Source of the DNA: an uncultured Clostridia bacterium
Lineage (GTDB): Bacteria; Acidobacteriota; Blastocatellia; UBA7656; JADIYM01
Reading direction: 5' to 3'
Assembly: GCA_964591515.1 (NCBI GenBank)
Contig: CAZQBW010000003.1
Span: 1 to 61,895 of the forward strand
DNA: 61,895 bases
The stretch's first letter is position 1; each line of letters opens with the position of its first letter. A program made the position numbers and the translations under genes. Below, in pieces: positions 60,002-61,895 of this stretch. A model generated the notes under the pieces. That model was not told where the DNA came from, did no database searches, and saw only the letters and a list, made by a program, of their open reading frames with translations.

Positions 60002-60386
60002 CCTTCTCGATCAGGTCCCACTTGTTGCCGTAGAGGTCGAGGAAGACGACGACGCGGCCGTAGGGCTCGGTTCGCGGCTTCTCCGTGAAGCGCACGCCGC
60101 AGCTCGCGAGATGAAGGAAGTCGTCTTCGAAGTCCGTCGTGTGAAGGAACAGAAAGACCCGGCCTCCGGTCTGGTTGCCGACAGCGGCGCGCTGCTCGTC
60201 GGTCACGGCGCGGGCCAGCAGGATCGAGGCGCCGGTCGAGTCCGGCGGGGCCACGACGACCCAGCGCTTGTCGTTGCCAAGGGGCGTGTCTTCGACGACG
60301 CGGAATCGCAGCGCCGTCGTGAAGAACGCGATGGCCTCGTCATATTCGCGAACGAGCAGGCTGACGGCGGCGACGGAGAGACTCAC
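59994..60386 (-). CDS. VOC/glyoxalase family protein (130 aa)
   Basis: VSLLVREYDEAIAFF, KRWVVVAP, FLFLHT, EPYGRVVVFLDLYGNKWDL; TACCAT -10 six nt before the GTG. Confidence 0.9.
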   Translation of the reverse strand: MSLSVAAVSLLVREYDEAIAFFTTALRFRVVEDTPLGNDKRWVVVAPPDSTGASILLARAVTDEQRAAVGNQTGGRVFLFLHTTDFEDDFLHLASCGVRFTEKPRTEPYGRVVVFLDLYGNKWDLIEKVH

Positions 60387-60412
60387 GGGTGTATGGTACG
60401 CCACCGGACCCC

Positions 60413-61174
60413 TCAGCGCGCTGTCGGTAACGCGGCAATGCAGCAATGCACGCGACATTTCGAGCGGTGATCCCGCTGCGCGAGCGCGGATAGAAACGCG
60501 CCGCGAATGGTCTCGAACTCCGACCCACCGAAATCTCGGAGGAGCTTCATGCGGTCGAACCGCCGCTGCCACGCCTCGAGCACATCGGAATCGACCGTTC
60601 CGTCGAGTGAAAACTCGACGTCGGCAACCGTGAACGCCGCCGTAACCGCAAAGCCCGCGCTCGCGAGGTGACCCGAGAGCTTTCGGCCCATGTGGAAGTC
60701 GTAGCGACCCGACTGCAGGGACTCGACGGCGTAGTCCGCGAGAACGGCAGATGCTGACACAGGCACCGGCTCGTGACCGAAAAAGTCGTCGATCTCCGTG
60801 AGTGCAATCCACGCCCCCGGTTTCATCCAGCGGCTCCAGTCCCTGAGAACCGTCGGGAGGTCGGGGAAATACGCCGCCGTGAAGCTGCACCAGATTCCGT
60901 CGACGCGCACGTCGGGTTCGCCGAGGTTGCGCAGGTCGGCCTCTCGGAACTCCGCATTCACGATACCGCGCGACCGGGCCACGTCGAGGAGCTCGGCATT
61001 TCCGTCGATTCCGATCACCCGAGCGCCGCGGTCCGCGAGCTCGGCGGCCTGGTCGCCAATGGCGCAGCCGAGGTCGAGCACGGTCGCGTTCTCGAGAGAT
61101 GGCAGCGCGTCAAGGACGGCGGGCCACGATCGCCACGCGCGTTGCCGGGCGTACTCGTCGGAGAGTCCCGTCAT
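60413..61174 (-). CDS. Class I SAM-dependent methyltransferase (253 aa)
   Basis: VLDLGCAIG, IGIDGN, EADL, KPGAWI; ATGA overlap with the GNAT gene. Confidence 0.85.
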   Translation of the reverse strand: MTGLSDEYARQRAWRSWPAVLDALPSLENATVLDLGCAIGDQAAELADRGARVIGIDGNAELLDVARSRGIVNAEFREADLRNLGEPDVRVDGIWCSFTAAYFPDLPTVLRDWSRWMKPGAWIALTEIDDFFGHEPVPVSASAVLADYAVESLQSGRYDFHMGRKLSGHLASAGFAVTAAFTVADVEFSLDGTVDSDVLEAWQRRFDRMKLLRDFGGSEFETIRGAFLSALAQRDHRSKCRVHCCIAALPTAR

Positions 61175-61701
61175 CTCGGGTTCCTCAGTTTTGCGTACAG
61201 CCACTGATCGATGAGCACGCCATCCTTGATGACGTTGGCTCGCATCAGGCCTTCGGCAACGAATCCGGCCTTCTCGAGCACGCGACACGACGCACGGTTT
61301 CCGGCAAAAGGATCAGCGTGGATCCGCACGAGATCGAAGTGTTCGAACGCGTACGCCGCGAAAGTGGCTACGGCCTCGCTCACGATTCCGCGTCCCCAGA
61401 AAGGCTCGGCCAGCCAGTATCCCATTTCGGCCGTCCGCCGATGAATGTCGGTGCCGATCGATACGCCGATCCCTCCGATCGCCTCTTCCGCCGTGGCGAT
61501 GGCGAAAAAGGTCACCGGATCCTGGCGGCCCACCATGGCGAGGAAGGCGTCGGCGCTCGAGTCGGTGTACGGGTGAGGAAAGCCGTCGGTGAGGTTCAAC
61601 CAGACGTTCCGGTTGTTGGCGTAGCGGACGAGGCTCGACTTGTCGTCCGCAGTCCACGGACGCAGCGAGCCGAAGGACGTCGGAATGGAGATGCCGGTCA
61701 C
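61171..61701 (-). CDS. RimJ/RimL-family GNAT N-acetyltransferase (176 aa)
   Basis: EMGYWLAEPFWGRGI, NRASCRVLEKAGF. Confidence 0.9.
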   Translation of the reverse strand: MTGISIPTSFGSLRPWTADDKSSLVRYANNRNVWLNLTDGFPHPYTDSSADAFLAMVGRQDPVTFFAIATAEEAIGGIGVSIGTDIHRRTAEMGYWLAEPFWGRGIVSEAVATFAAYAFEHFDLVRIHADPFAGNRASCRVLEKAGFVAEGLMRANVIKDGVLIDQWLYAKLRNPR

Positions 61702-61730
61702 GTCGTGGCCTCTGCTTCCGCGGACACCGT

Positions 61731-61895
61731 TCAGGTCGCAGCAGGCGTCGGAGTGCTCGACGTGTCGTCGACCGTGATTCCGACTTCCTGCCCGTACGAG
61801 AGCTCGAGCGTGTGTCCGTCGGGATCGCGAAGAAACGCCCAATAGCCGACGGGCGGTCCCGCGTCGTCCGGCCCGCCAATGAGGACGCCCTCGTC
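61731..61895 (-). CDS. VOC family protein, C-terminal fragment (runs off the window end)
   Basis: Manual translation DEGVLIGGPDDAGPPVGYWAFLRDPDGHTLELSYGQEV...; stop at 61731-61733; absent from the ORF track. Confidence 0.75.
   Translation of the reverse strand, partial: DEGVLIGGPDDAGPPVGYWAFLRDPDGHTLELSYGQEVGITVDDTSSTPTPAAT

Overview
High-GC bacterial chromosomal window with no sign of phage, IS transposase, rRNA, tRNA or CRISPR. Gene content (TIGR02999-type ECF sigma/kinase pair, several Ser/Thr kinases, DUF1800/DUF1501, dense intergenic palindromes) suggests an Acidobacteriota-like organism, which is inference only. Housekeeping blocks: gyrA, rsmI, a PolA lacking the 5'-3' exonuclease, a split his/trp region (hisIE-trpE-ppi ... 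trpG-trpD-[Ser/Thr kinase]-trpC-trpF-purN) and an oxidative pentose phosphate cluster (gnd-zwf-opcA-glk-GH63-like glucosidase). The best candidate for an undescribed system is 45.3-51.8 kb. There a predicted outer-membrane beta-barrel lies directly upstream of a 1442-aa secreted multiheme cytochrome c (9 CxxCH plus 1 CX4CH) fused to an LVIVD-type propeller and ending in a CTERM-like tail. The second candidate is 16.2-23.1 kb: two DUF1800-DUF1501 pairs converging on a protein with four Spy/CpxP-like units. Other oddities are a DUF3352-like/pilin fusion, a kinase with an apparently nested SH3 domain, a kinase-FGE gene inserted in the trp operon between repeats, a Tat-exported SOD, several repeat families and many leaderless-type promoters. 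Start codons were often re-assigned from the ORF track using RBS and overlap evidence. All family assignments come from motif recognition, not database searches.
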